Shown here piece by piece: positions 28,376 to 41,008 of a DNA stretch of 64,000 nucleotides (the first letter of the stretch is position 1; each line of letters starts with the position of its first letter). The position numbers and the translations under genes were made by a program. Source of the stretch: Octopus vulgaris (Eukaryota); the NCBI GenBank assembly GCA_951406725.2, contig OX597822.1:115630001-115694000 (forward strand). The letters run 5' to 3'. The notes beneath the pieces were generated by a model. That model saw only the letters and a list, made by a program, of their open reading frames with translations. It made no database searches and was not told where the DNA came from.

Positions 28376-28796
28376 TAGTTTTATTTTTATAGCATGCTTT
28401 CACTTCACTACCGAGCGCAGCTCTGTGTGCCTTGGGTATGTGCTGTGATTTGTTGTGATGCTCTGATGGTTATTGTATGGAAAGTGTTCTGCGTAGGATG
28501 TGTGCAGTGCCTAGTAGTGCAATTTTCTGTATGTTATATGTGTTTGTAAGTCCTGGTGTTTTTGTTATGTATTTGTCTGAATATTTTTTTATCATGCCTA
28601 ATGCACCTACTATGATAGGAATTGTTTCTGTTTTCAGATTCCACATTCTAGTTACCTCTATTTCCATGTCTTTGTATTTTGAGAGTTTCTCCATTTCTTT
28701 TAGAGACACGTTGTCATCAGCCGGTATTGATACATCAATTAGAAAGCATTTTTTTCTTCATGGTCTCTGACAACTATATCTGGTCTGTTGGCCTTA

Positions 28797-28800
<4 letters not shown>
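28376..28800 (-). mobile_element. RLE LINE family C, 5'-truncated
   Basis: Near-identical to 13970-14400; (TAA)n on both sides. Confidence 0.95.
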
Positions 28801-28869
<69 letters not shown>

Positions 28870-29313
28870 GAGTGAGAGAGCAGTGTACACCATCTTTGTG
28901 ACACTGGGGTACAAATATACGAAGCCCAATATACCCATCACGACTACCCGTCTGATAAGGGTACACCAAGCACGTGCATCACAACCATATGTGCGCGACA
29001 TGATGATCTCATATCAAGATAAACGGCGCATGACCTTGCAGGTGGGCCCAGTTGGAATTTTCTTCAGGTCGAGTAGCCCATCCCGCTCAAAAGGTCCCTG
29101 AATAAGGGTTACTTAAAGATGTTGAACGACACACTCATGTTTCCAAAGGTGAATTATTCAAACCCCAAAGAATTCCTCTCAACACATGGCTATGATGCTC
29201 TTCCACTACTTCTTTTCGTGATCAGAGATGCACTAAGGGACATGCTCAACTGGTTAAGGTCAAACAACTGACAAACAAATCTGTGGTAGTGAGCAGAATA
29301 TCTGCTGTCTCCC
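28870..29313 (-). mobile_element. Element D lacking its first ~95 nt, fused to a family B LINE
   Basis: Reverse complement aligns to 13296-13755. Confidence 0.85.
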
Positions 29314-29662
29314 AACTATCTTTTGAATTTCTGCCATTTTGGGATTTCCTGGTATCTGAACTATGTAGCAATCAGCCCCTTTCGCTATAATTCCCAGGGC
29401 ACCTACGGCAACAGGTATTGTTTTAGTCTTCAGGTTCCACATTTTGCTAATTTCTATTTCAAGATCTTTATATTTGCTCAGTTTTTGGTAGGAGTTGACA
29501 GATACGTTTATATCGATTGCGACAGTCATATCAATGAGGAGGCATGTTTTTTGTCTGAAGTCTTTCAATATGATGTCTGGCCTATTCGCATCTATCTTTC
29601 TGTCGGTTTGAATGGTGAAGTTCCAGAGGAGTGAGATGTGATCATTTTTGAGCACTGGAGGT
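29314..29662 (-). mobile_element. RLE LINE family B endonuclease fragment lacking its own 3' UTR
   Basis: NRPDIILKD..KYKDLEIE..KMAEIQKIV, then switches to D sequence. Confidence 0.9.
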
Positions 29663-29690
29663 TTCTTATAATAATAATAATTATTATTAA

Positions 29691-29756
<66 letters not shown>

Positions 29757-29764
29757 TATTTTTT

Positions 29765-30522
29765 TTTCTTCTTTCAAATTTTCTTCCATTTCTTGCCGAG
29801 TGTCTTCCCGACTCCTAGGGCAAAGAAACTCATAGTGTATATTGGTAGGCTATTAAACCAAACTCAGTAGTTCGTTCATTTTTTTTTTTTTTTTAAAGTT
29901 AAATTAAAATACATGAGCAGCAACAGTTCTCACATCGACAATGCTCTTCTCAATACGTGTGATGTACCAGTTAAGACAATCTTTTGCACTTCTTGCAGGG
30001 ATGGTAAGCCAGGGATCATTCTCATATAATTTTCGGTTCCCTTCTTGATCATTCCTAGTGCTCCTACGATCACTGGTATTGTAACCGCCTTGAGATGCCA
30101 CATTTTCTCAATTTCAATGAGTAGGTCTTTATATTTTTTGAGCTTGTCAAACTCTTTCGCTGAGATATTATGATCACAGGGGATGCTCATGTCGATCAAT
30201 AAGCAAACTTTATTGTTTTGGTCTTTCACAACAATATCTGGTTTATTGGCCTTGATGGTTCGGTCTGTATGTACTGGAAAGTCCCACAGAATGGTTACAT
30301 TTTCTCCTTCAGTTACAGCCTCAGGGTGGTGATTATACCACTTGTCGGCAGTTTTGATATTGTAATGCCGACTTATTAGCCAGTGGAGATATTGGCCAAC
30401 TCTGTCATGTCTTAATTTATACTCCACTGGTGCTAAGACTTTACATCCAGAGATTAGGTGGTCCACTGTTTCAATCATGTCGTGGCAGAATCGGCATTTT
30501 GGGTCTGCTCCATTTTTCATCA

Positions 30523-30523
<1 letters not shown>
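29765..30523 (-). mobile_element. RLE LINE family E, 5'-truncated
   Basis: ORF 29930-30523: CRFCHDMIETVDHLISGC, RHD, NKPDIVV..IDMSIP..KLKKYKDL. Confidence 0.93.
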
Positions 30524-30586
<63 letters not shown>

Positions 30587-31367
30587 GTTACTATTATTAT
30601 TATTATTATTATTTCAGTAGTGTTACTTCATTACTACCTACCATGCAAACGTACATTCGGTTCACCTTGTGTATGCGCAATGTCTGTTGCGTTTCATAAT
30701 CTAGTGAAAAATATTGTACGTAGCATGTACACAATGCCTAATAACCCTCTGTGTTGCAATCATAAGTCCTAGTATTCTACCTATCTATTTGTCTGCTTCT
30801 CTTTCTTATTTCATTTTATCATTCTCCAGGCACTTATTATTATAGAGATTATACGTTTTGCAAAAACATACAATATCGATACGATATGCAACTGCAATAG
30901 ATGCAACTCTCTGTTTCCTCATCTTTATATTCAGATGCTCTCTCCATTTCTTTCAACTACGTACATTGCTATCAGTTCGCTGATATTTCTTTTTATGGTC
31001 GTCTTTAGTAACAATGTCGAAACGAATTGCCTTAATGTTCCCCGTCTGTACAAAATACGCTCTCTTTGTCATTTTCTGTCATCGCTCGTGTTGTATATTT
31101 ATACCCACACTTTTATGCGTTTTTTTTTTTATTTTTCCTTTTGCTTGTTTTTTTAATGTTTTTTGCATTGTTTTTTTGTTTTTGTTGCATTTTTTTCCTA
31201 ATACTAAAATGTGGTCTCCCGTGTGCTGTTTATTGCCTTCAGTTCTCGACTAATTGACGGAGGTAGTGCGGCGTGTCTTAAGTCTTCTTTAAATCTGTGA
31301 TAGTCTATCTCTCTCTCTCCCTCCCTCTCTTTCTCACTCTCTCTTTCTTTCTCTCTCTTCCTCTCTT

Positions 31368-31401
<34 letters not shown>

Positions 31402-31484
31402 AGTCTGATCACAAACGATTTATTTCAGAAAAACACGGATAGACAGGTAAAGAGAGAATGAGAGACAGACAGACAGACAGAGAT

Positions 31485-31517
<33 letters not shown>

Positions 31518-31604
31518 TCGACTCCTATGTAAGACAGATGAAATATTTTTCGACCTCGAAGTGATGGATGAAAAAGATAATTTCCGCGGATTTCATCATC
31601 ATCA

Positions 31605-31760
31605 TCACGTTCTGAGTTCAAATTCCGCCCAGGTCGACTGTGTCTTTCATCACTTCGGGGGTCGATGAAATAATTACCATTTGAGCACCGGGGTCGACGT
31701 GTTCGACTCGCCCGCTTCCCAACAAAATGCAAGCTTTGTACCAATAGCAGAACGGTTTAT
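31605..31760 (+). mobile_element. S4 SINE, partial
   Basis: GTTCTGAGTTCAAATTCCGCC..GTCGAC..CTTTCATC core. Confidence 0.75.
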
Positions 31761-32403
31761 TATTTTTATTATTAAGAATAAAATGGGAAAGTTTTGGTCC
31801 TGCGCAGCGATCAAATAACAATGAGTTCTCGACTTGCTAGATAGTACCGTTTTCTTTCCATGTCTTCTTCCGCTTAGGCTTTGCATAGTGTGGTGAATAT
31901 TTTTTTACATGTTGCCTTTTGCGTATCATCTCAACTATAATATTTTGTAATCCAGTTTTCTTAATTTTTCATGTTTTATCACTTCTTGGTTATTTCTTAC
32001 CTCAGTTTGTTTTATATTGCTGGTCCCCTTGAAGCCAACAAATATAAAGCAGAATTTTATGGTTTTTATTTTTTTTTTTACTTTCAAGGTGATTATATTA
32101 CTATTTGTAGTATTTTTATTTTATTTTTTGTTCGATATTCTTGTTGTAAGCATTTCCCACTTATTTTCGCTTTGTAAAAAGTGTCTCACCTCATAAAATG
32201 TTTAATTTATATACTCGGGGTTATTTCATACCGAGGATTTCTAAAAAGAATGAAAGAGTGCTATACAGGGATCCCCAAAGACTAGAAATTTTAAGCATCC
32301 TACGCATCCTTTTTTTAATTCCTTAATTTCAAATTCAAACTTGTAATCACACCAAACATGACGAAGAAATGATTATCTCCCTTGTATTAACTGTCTGCTA
32401 GAG

Positions 32404-32699
32404 CAGTGCTACTTAAAGTGGTGGTCCACGGACCGAAACCGGTCTGCGAGCCAACCGCTGCCGGTACGCGGAGAGTTTCCAGGAAAGAAAGAAACATTTT
32501 AAGATGCTAATAGAATGCTTATGTAATATTCTATTATTTGTTTACAAAATAAATATTTTTTTAAATTGTCAACTTTTATTTTATTCATTATATATATTGT
32601 TTCTGGTATAGATTAATAATACTAAGAAACATTACCTGTCCCTGGAACATTGGGAAAAAAATTGCCGATACGCCACATCAGATAGTCTGAAAAGCACTG
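32404..32699. mobile_element. hAT (Charlie-like) MITE
   Basis: CAGTGCT...AGCACTG termini and a perfect 8-bp TSD, TGCTAGAG (32396-32403, 32700-32707). Confidence 0.9.
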
Positions 32700-33929
32700 T
32701 GCTAGAGGGCACAACATTTTTATAGTCCTACAATAAATATTATATATTTCTTTTAGTTGAAGAAAACCTCTCTTTCCTGTGTTCCTGGTAAACATAGTCT
32801 GTCGGTATTGGCTTTTGGATAGTGTATACTCTAAAATTTTCTTTTGTTTTCCTCTATTGCTTTTACTTAGGTCTTCACTGAAAAATATTCATATTTTAAC
32901 TATAAATTATAACTGGAACAGCTCGCGTTTTGATAACTATTAACATATTTTTTACATTTAGTTCAGTTCAAAAATTTAATTTAATTCATTTATAATATTC
33001 CTCTTTAAAATTCTTATTTCATTTGTCTGTGTTGTTCACCGGGTAATTCTTTCATTCTTTACTAACTCTATAAAATTGTATTTGAAATCGATTTTCATTA
33101 CAAACATTATAACTGGAGTTCATCTATTTACGAGGAGATCGATTTTCATCCGTATTCAGTCTGGTTTATGTCTTTCATGGAACTTTCTTATTGTTTTGCT
33201 GATCAATAACTGATATTTGCATTCATATTCATTTATCCCTTTACAACACAGCTTCAATGCTTCACGCTATGTATGTACGTATGTATGTATGTATGTATGT
33301 ATGTATGTATGTATGTACGTATGTATGCATGTATGTATGTACGTATGTATATATGTATGTATGCGTGTGTGTATGTATGTATGCGTGTGTGTGTGTATGT
33401 ATGCATGTATAAATGAAGTGAGCACTTATCATATGTAATGATAATGATTTTAAGGCCTTGTATAGTCTAGACAGAGCGATTTGGGATTTGTAGATTTTTT
33501 TAGGTTTAATGTTATCAATTTGGGAAGAATTCAGATGTTTGCCCCCCCTCGTTAAAGCATTTTGGTATTGGTTCTCGGGTCTTTCAAGTAGATCGTTGAT
33601 TATTTATGCAAATACTTGATAGGAACCCGTTAGATATCTGAGATTGATGATTTCGGCTTCGTTGTTCACTGTTTCGTTGGTCTCCAAGAAGCCAAAAGAA
33701 TATAAAACAGAATTTTAGAAACCCTTCACAGTTGTGTATGTTGTATAGTATCTTGAATACTTCGTTTGGTTTTACTTCTCTTATTGACAATAGGTACTAG
33801 TTTGTTTACGCTCTTGTGACTTAGCAATTCGTCAAAAGATACTGGTAGAATACCATTCCCATCCATTTGAATCAATCAATACCTGAAATATTCTTTTTTT
33901 TTTTCGTACTTATGTGTATTACCTTTTAT

Positions 33930-34110
33930 CCTTTACTTGTTTCAGTCATCGGACTGTGGCCATGCTGGGGCACCTCCTTGAAGAAAAGGTTTAGTCAAAC
34001 AAATCGAATGACCTCAGTATTTATTTTTTAAGTCTATTTTTCATGCATGCTACTTATTCTGTCGGTCTCTTTTGCAGAAGAGCTAAGTTAAAGGAACGTA
34101 AGCCAAAAAG
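33930..34110 (-). mobile_element. S3 SINE, 3' part
   Basis: Matches the S3 tail. Confidence 0.7.
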
Positions 34111-34214
34111 AAATGGGGTCAGGTGGACAAATACAAAAGCAAGATCACGCACACAAGTGGTGTGTGTGTGTGTGTGTGTGTGTGTGTTAGCGTGCGTGCG
34201 TATGCGGTCGTGTT

Positions 34215-34260
<46 letters not shown>

Positions 34261-34564
34261 CGTGCGTGCGTGTGTATGCGGTCGTGTTTGTGTGCGTGTT
34301 TTTGTGTTGGTGTGTGCGTGCGTGTGTGCGTGTATGTGTGTCTGTCTGTCTGTGTGTGTAAAGACTTATCAATAAAAGATTATTAATGCTCGGTTAGTCT
34401 TTGATTTTCTGCATTTGTTCGCCATTTTGTTTTTCTTTTGTCTTTCTGTTATTTTGTCACGTTTGCCTTCTTCATTTCAAATATTCTTATACTAGAAATT
34501 TGGAGAAAATAACGATTTTCTTTTATGATTACTATGGCAACTACAGAGATTATCCTTTATGTGT

Positions 34565-35006
34565 TTGTGTCATTGAACCTCGGCCATGCTGGGGCAGTGG
34601 CTTAGCCTAGTTGTTCTCAAGCGGTGTCCAGATGACCATCAGGGGTTCATATAAGATTTTGTTGTTATAATCGTTTATACTTCACAAAATATTATATTAT
34701 TGTTATACAATTTCTGATAATATTTGATTATAAAAATTCAATGGGAATTTTTAGACATCGGAAGGCGAGGAGGGACCCCCTGAGTAAAATTGGAATCGAA
34801 GGAGCCCATGGGTAAAAAATAAAATGACTGAGAACCACTGAAAAAATTTGCCCAAGTACGTATTTTAAAGTCTGATATGTATTCCTATCTACCTTTTTGC
34901 TGAACCGTCAATTTACGGGGATGTAAACAAACTAACAGCAGTTATCAAGTAGTGAGGGCGAGGACAAACACACACACATACATACATGTGTGTATGTATA
35001 TATATA

Positions 35007-35067
<61 letters not shown>

Positions 35068-35240
35068 ATATATATAATGAGCATCCTCGCAGTTTCTGTG
35101 TGCCAAATTCATTCACAAGGTAAGAAGGAATTGGTCATCCCCAGAATATAGTAGAAAACATTTGCCGAATGTGCCACGCGTTGGGAGTGAACCCCGAATC
35201 ACATTGTTGCAAGACGAGCTTCTTAACCACACAGCTATGC
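34565..35240 (-). mobile_element. Old S3 SINE interrupted by a hAT-like MITE (~34608-34840)
   Basis: S3 head and tail flank an insert with (T)AGTTGTTCTCAA / TGAGAACCACTG ends related to 48790-49040. Confidence 0.65.
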
Positions 35241-36269
35241 CTATGTTTATTGATCTTCGCATGTGTCTTGAGAATGGTATCGATGACCAGATTCTGTCTT
35301 TCAATGATGATTTTCATTATTTCATTGGAAGACCTGTCAGTTTTAAGTCTTTAACTATTTCCACTTCAAGATTGTTACCATCTTCAAAATGTTTCGCTTT
35401 AGAACTGCACACACCAACACCATTCTCATATTCGCTCGTGTTCATATATGTTTGTTAGTACAATTCCAAATCGTCTTTTGTCGGCAGGTGAAAAAGTTCA
35501 TATCATTTACACCTGCTAATTTCGTTAACATTTTCATAAACGCCATAGAAGCAACTCATTTTTCTTTCCATCATAGTAAATATCCAATGCACGCGCATGC
35601 GTGTGTGTTTAGAAATGGATACGGATTGCCGACATTTCGCTGTAGATTTGGTAATATATGGCGACTTCCATTAGTACCTTCTGATAATGTTCAGCAAGCA
35701 TTGATTTCCGCACTCTTTGTTTTGGTAGGAGTGGTATGTTAGTGTCGACCACGTTCGTGGTAGCAATACGGCAATGTTCACCTTAATGCTTGTCCTATAT
35801 TGGTTCGTTATGAGTCCTTTTAAACCGGAAGTGATCACAAAATGATCTCCCCCTGATTCATCTCGCCTTCTTAAGGGTTCAGTGGCCATCGACCATTTCG
35901 TTGTTCCATCTCTTCTACAATGAGGCGCTGGAAAGCTCCTGGCTTTAAGGGCATTGCGAAAGGCCTGGTTGGAGGTTCAACCTTCCGAGCTCTTTTACAG
36001 GGCTTAGAAAACTGACGGGCGTTTGCGGTAAGTGTGTGAATCTAAGAGAGGAATATGTTGAATAAAATCAATAATTACCCAAACTCAGGAACGTTTCAGT
36101 CACCCTCATAGTATTTTTTCGTTTTTTGCTTTTCGTTAATTTTTTTTTTTACCACAAATGGTTGACTTTAATTTTCCAAATCTCTCTTGGCGTGATTATT
36201 TTTTCACTGCAGTTTCCATTTTTCTAGCTGGATACATGTAAATAGTTATTAAGAGAGCGATTTTTTTAA

Positions 36270-36705
36270 GGCGGTGAGCTATCAGGATCGTAAGCACCTC
36301 GAGAAAAATGCTTAGCAGCATTTCATCCGTCTTTACTTTGTGAGTTCAAATTCCACTGAGGTCGACTTTACCTTTCATCTTTTCGGGGTGGATAAAATAA
36401 GTACCAGTTGAATACTGGGGACGGTATAATCGACTTATACTCACTTCCTGAAATTGCTGTCCTTATGGCAAAATTTTAAATCAATATAGTAAGGAATTGG
36501 CAGAATTGTAAGCAGACCAGACAAAATGCATAGCGGCATTTACTGCGTCTTTACGTTGTGAGTTCAAATTCCGCCGAGATCGACTTTATCTTTGATCCTT
36601 TCGGGGTCGATACAATAAATATGGATTGAGTTCTGGGGTTGATGTAATCGACTTAACTCCCACTTGGCCTTGTTGCTGGCCTTGTTCCAAATTTTAAAAC
36701 TAATA
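36270..36705 (+). mobile_element. Two tandem S4 SINEs
   Basis: Two consecutive matches to 20592-20803. Confidence 0.82.
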
Positions 36706-36815
36706 TAGTTACTTTTAACCGTCCAGTTCGATAAAACCCAAGATCACACCACTATCGAAGCAGAATGTTCTTTATCAATCTGAAGAGGTCGACTGGCAAA
36801 AATATAATTCCAGTA

Positions 36816-37037
36816 CAGTAATCCCTCGACTATTGCGGGTGTTACATTCCAAAAACACCCACGATAGGTAAAAATCTGTGAAGTAGAAACAGTACTGTAT
36901 TGTATATTTTTTTAATCATTTTTATAATTTCTATATATTTATTTTATTATAAATGCAAAACAACACAACGGAGGAATCGATGTAAGCTTAAATAATAAAC
37001 TGCGATAGGTGAACCGCGATGTGGCGAGGGATTACTT
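36816..37037. mobile_element. Tigger-like MITE
   Basis: TA|CAGTAATCCCTCG ... CGAGGGATTACTT|TA. Confidence 0.8.
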
Positions 37038-37781
37038 TATATTCAAATGCGATATTATGTATCACGCCGGCAATTTTTCAGATGACTATGTTCAAGATGA
37101 TGTACGATAAAAATAAATAAGAAACTCATATACTCCGATTATAGTTAATGCAATTGTTTTGTAGATATATACATCTGTTGTTTGGGTCGTTTCCGTTGTC
37201 AGAGGTTTCAGAATGTTAAGTGTTTTCTTCGATGATAATGTTTTTCTATTTTCTTTTTTTTTTTATTATGCTTCATTTTTTTATCAGAGTTATTTTAGTG
37301 AAAATTAATTTTAGGTCAAACACTTGTGGGATTAATGCTAATTACGAGTTCTTCTCAGGGTTGTACAGGATCTGATGTCAAATAGCTAAGTGGATTCCTT
37401 GTAAGACAACCATCGTATGATTTATATCTGACTCATGATCCCAGATCCACTGCAAGCATTTTGTTGCACTTCTCTTCAATGCTCTTAAGATATTGCATCA
37501 TAGCGAATTGACCTGCGGCAGGAAATAGGAGTCACATCGCGATGGAGCGTTATCTATTTTCCAATCGAAGATAACACTTAACGCTCATCGTATTTCTGAA
37601 ATCTAACCTCATCTCAGGAATTATTGCAATAAAACATGACCAATAAACTAAGAGCCTGTTGATAGCTAGTCACTATTCAATTGATTGTAAAAACATATAA
37701 GCACTCTTGAAAAAACAGACGAGTGGCCTAGTGTAAACAGATCGACACATTAAGCTACTACTATTATTATTATTATTATTA

Positions 37782-37849
<68 letters not shown>

Positions 37850-38448
37850 GAGTGAGGGAGCAGTGCATGCCAACAAAGTGACACTGGGGTAAAATATACG
37901 AAGCCCAGTATACCCATCATGACTACCCGTCTGATAAGGATACACTGAGCACATGCATCACAACCATATATGCGCGATATGGTTATTTCATACCAAGATA
38001 AACAGCGCATGACCTTGCAGGTGCGGCCCAGTTAGAATTTTCTTGTGGTCGAGTAACCCATCCAACTTAAAAGGTTCCTGAATAAGGGTTGTTTAAGGAT
38101 GTTGAAAGAACCACCCATGTTTCCAGAGGTGAATTATCCAAACCCCAAAGAATCCCTCTCAAACATGGCTATGATGCTCCCCCACTACTTCTGCTCGTGA
38201 TCAGAGATGCACATATCGTCAGCCACTAAGGGACATGCTCAACTAGTTAAGGTCAAACAACTGACAAGCAAATCTGTGGTATTGAGCAGAATATTTGCTG
38301 TAGCCCATCTTTTATACCAAGACAAAACAATGTACATAATAACACTTCCAATCAGTTAAGATCAGAAGCCATGAGAGCCACTGTCTGGTACTGCATCAGG
38401 GCATTTATACTGCATCAGGGCATTGGTACTGCATCAGGACATGGTACT
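37850..38448 (-). mobile_element. Element D, full length, with tandemly repeated 5' terminus
   Basis: Reverse complement of 13200-13755; extra copies of the first 16-18 nt at 38408-38448; (TAA)n on both sides. Confidence 0.9.
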
Positions 38449-38480
38449 ATTATTATTATTACTATTATTATTATTATTAC

Positions 38481-38571
<91 letters not shown>

Positions 38572-38574
<3 letters not shown>

Positions 38575-40291
38575 TAGTTTTATTTTTATAGCGTGCTTTC
38601 ACTTCACTACCGAGCGCAGCTCTGTGCATTGGGTATGTGCTGTGATTTGTTGTGATGCTCTGATGGTTATTGTATGGAAAGTGTTCTGCGTAGGATGTGT
38701 GCAGTGCCTAGTAGTGCAATTTTCTGTATGTTATATGTGTTTGTAAGTCCTGGTGTTTTTGTTATGTATTTGTCTGAATATTTTTTTATCATGCCTAATG
38801 CACCTATTATGATAGGAATTGTTTCTGTTTTCAGATTCCACATTCTAGTTACCTCTATTTCCAGGTCTTTGTATTTTGAGAGTTTCTCCATTTCTTTTAG
38901 AGACACGTTGTCATCAGCCGGTATTGATACATCAATTAGAAAGCATTTTTTTCTTCATGGTCTCTGACAACTATATCTGGTCTGTTGGCCTTAATTTCTC
39001 TATCTGTGTGTATCGGCATATCCCAGAGTATGGTTGCTTTCTCGTTTTCTGTGACCTTTTCTGGTGTGTGCCTATACCATCTTTTTTCTGTTGTTATTCC
39101 ATAATGTTGGCATAGCTTCCAATGTATGTAGGTTCCAACTCTGTCATGTCTGTGAATATATTCCTTCTTAGCCAGGACTGGGCAGCTAGAGATAATATGA
39201 TTTATTGTTTCTTGTCCATCTCCACATATTCTGCAGTTACTTGTAATATTTCTTTTCATTACATGTTTTCGGTAATTTCTGGTGGGGAGGCTTTGGTCTT
39301 GTGCTGCAATTAAAAATCCCTCTGTTTCTGCTTTGAGTCCTGAGCTTCTCAACCATTGCTGGGATTTTTCTTTGTCTATTTCTTTTGCGTTTAGTTTAGT
39401 CCAGTATTTACCATGAAGGGGCTTTTCTTGCCATCGTTTTATCATGGTTCGTTGCTGTTCTATTTTTAGTTTGGATTTCATTTGTTTTATAGCTTTTGTT
39501 GTTTCTTCATCTTCTTCTTCTTCTTCATGTTTATTAGGTGGTATGATTTCTTGTTTGTATTTGTCAGCTTCCTTAAATACTGAGAACAGTTTTTTGTTTT
39601 GCTCGTGTTTTGCCGCTATCTGGATCAGTTTTCCTTCCTTCTGAAGTAGATATTTTTGCAGTCCTATGGTGGTTATTTTATAGTAGTTTTCCAGCTGTAT
39701 AAGGCCTCTACCACCTTCTATACGTTGTATATATAGTCTTTCTATGTCAGATTTTGGGTGATGCATCCTAGATCCTGTCATTATTTTTCTTGTTTTCCTA
39801 TCTATTTTGGTCAGTTCATTTCGTGTCCAGTTAAGGATATTGTAGCTGTAACTTATAACTGGGACAGCTAAAGTGTTGATACCTATTATCTTGTTTTTAG
39901 CATTGAGCTCTGTGTTTAGTATTGATCTAACTAGTCTATAATATTCTTTTTTATTTTCTCTTTCATTTGTGTGTGTTGTGTCTTATCTAGTTCATGGATT
40001 CCTAAGTATTTGTAAGTTTGGCTTTGGTCTAATTCTTTTATTTCATTGGTTTTATCTAGTGTGATGTTGTTACTCTTAACTAGTTTTCCTCTTTTCATGG
40101 TTTCTTTGGCGCATTTTTCTAATCCAAATTTCATATCTATTTCTTTGGTAAATCCATGAACTGTCTTTAATAGTGTTTCCAGCTGTTTGTCATTTGCAGC
40201 GTATAGTTTTAGGTCATCCATATATAAAAGGTGGCTGATCGTTTTGCCGTAACATTTATATCCGCATCCAGTTCTATTTAGCATATCAGAT
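38572..40291 (-). mobile_element. RLE LINE family C, 1.7-kb 5'-truncated copy
   Basis: HLLYMDDLKL, YKYLG, GGRGL, CRIC..H....C, RPD; frameshifts in poly-A runs. Confidence 0.97.
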
Positions 40292-40305
40292 TATTATTAT
40301 TATTA

Positions 40306-40372
<67 letters not shown>

Positions 40373-40373
40373 G

Positions 40374-40671
40374 TGGAGGCGCAATGGCCTAGTGGTTAGG
40401 GCAACGGACTCGCGGTCGTAGGATCGCGGTTTCGAATCCCAGACCGGGCGTTGTGAGTGTTTATTGAGCGAAAACACCTAAAAGCTCCACGAGGCTCCGG
40501 CAGGGGGTGGTGATCCCTGCTGTACTCTTTCACCACTCTTTCTCCTACTCTTTCTTCTGTTGGCCTGCTCGCTTAGCCAGCGGGGTGGCGTCATTCGAAG
40601 GCTAAAACAATGCGAACGCATTGTGACCAGCGATGTGTAACTACATCTGATGGACTGGTCGGTCACGTGAT
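40374..40671 (+). mobile_element. S1 SINE, full length, in (ATT)n
   Basis: Near-identical to 5401-5700. Confidence 0.9.
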
Positions 40672-40678
40672 GGTGATG

Positions 40679-40710
<32 letters not shown>

Positions 40711-40789
40711 CGTTATTATTATTACCCCCCCCTACAATTGTTGACCTTGTGCCAAGAGGTGACACTATTATCATTATTTTTATCAAGAA

Positions 40790-41005
40790 CGCGATGAGCT
40801 GGCGGAATCGTTAGAACGCCGGGCGAAGTGTTTGGCAGAATTTCGTCCGTCTTTACATTCTGAGTTCAAAATTCGCCGGGGTCGATTTTGCCTTTTCATC
40901 CTTCTGGGGTCGATAAAATAATTACCAGTTGAGCACTGGGGTTGATGTAATCGACATACCCAGTCCTCTACAATTGTTGGCCTTGAGCCAAAATTTGAAA
41001 TCATC
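40790..41005 (+). mobile_element. S4 SINE
   Basis: Matches 20592-20803. Confidence 0.85.
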
Positions 41006-41008
41006 ATT

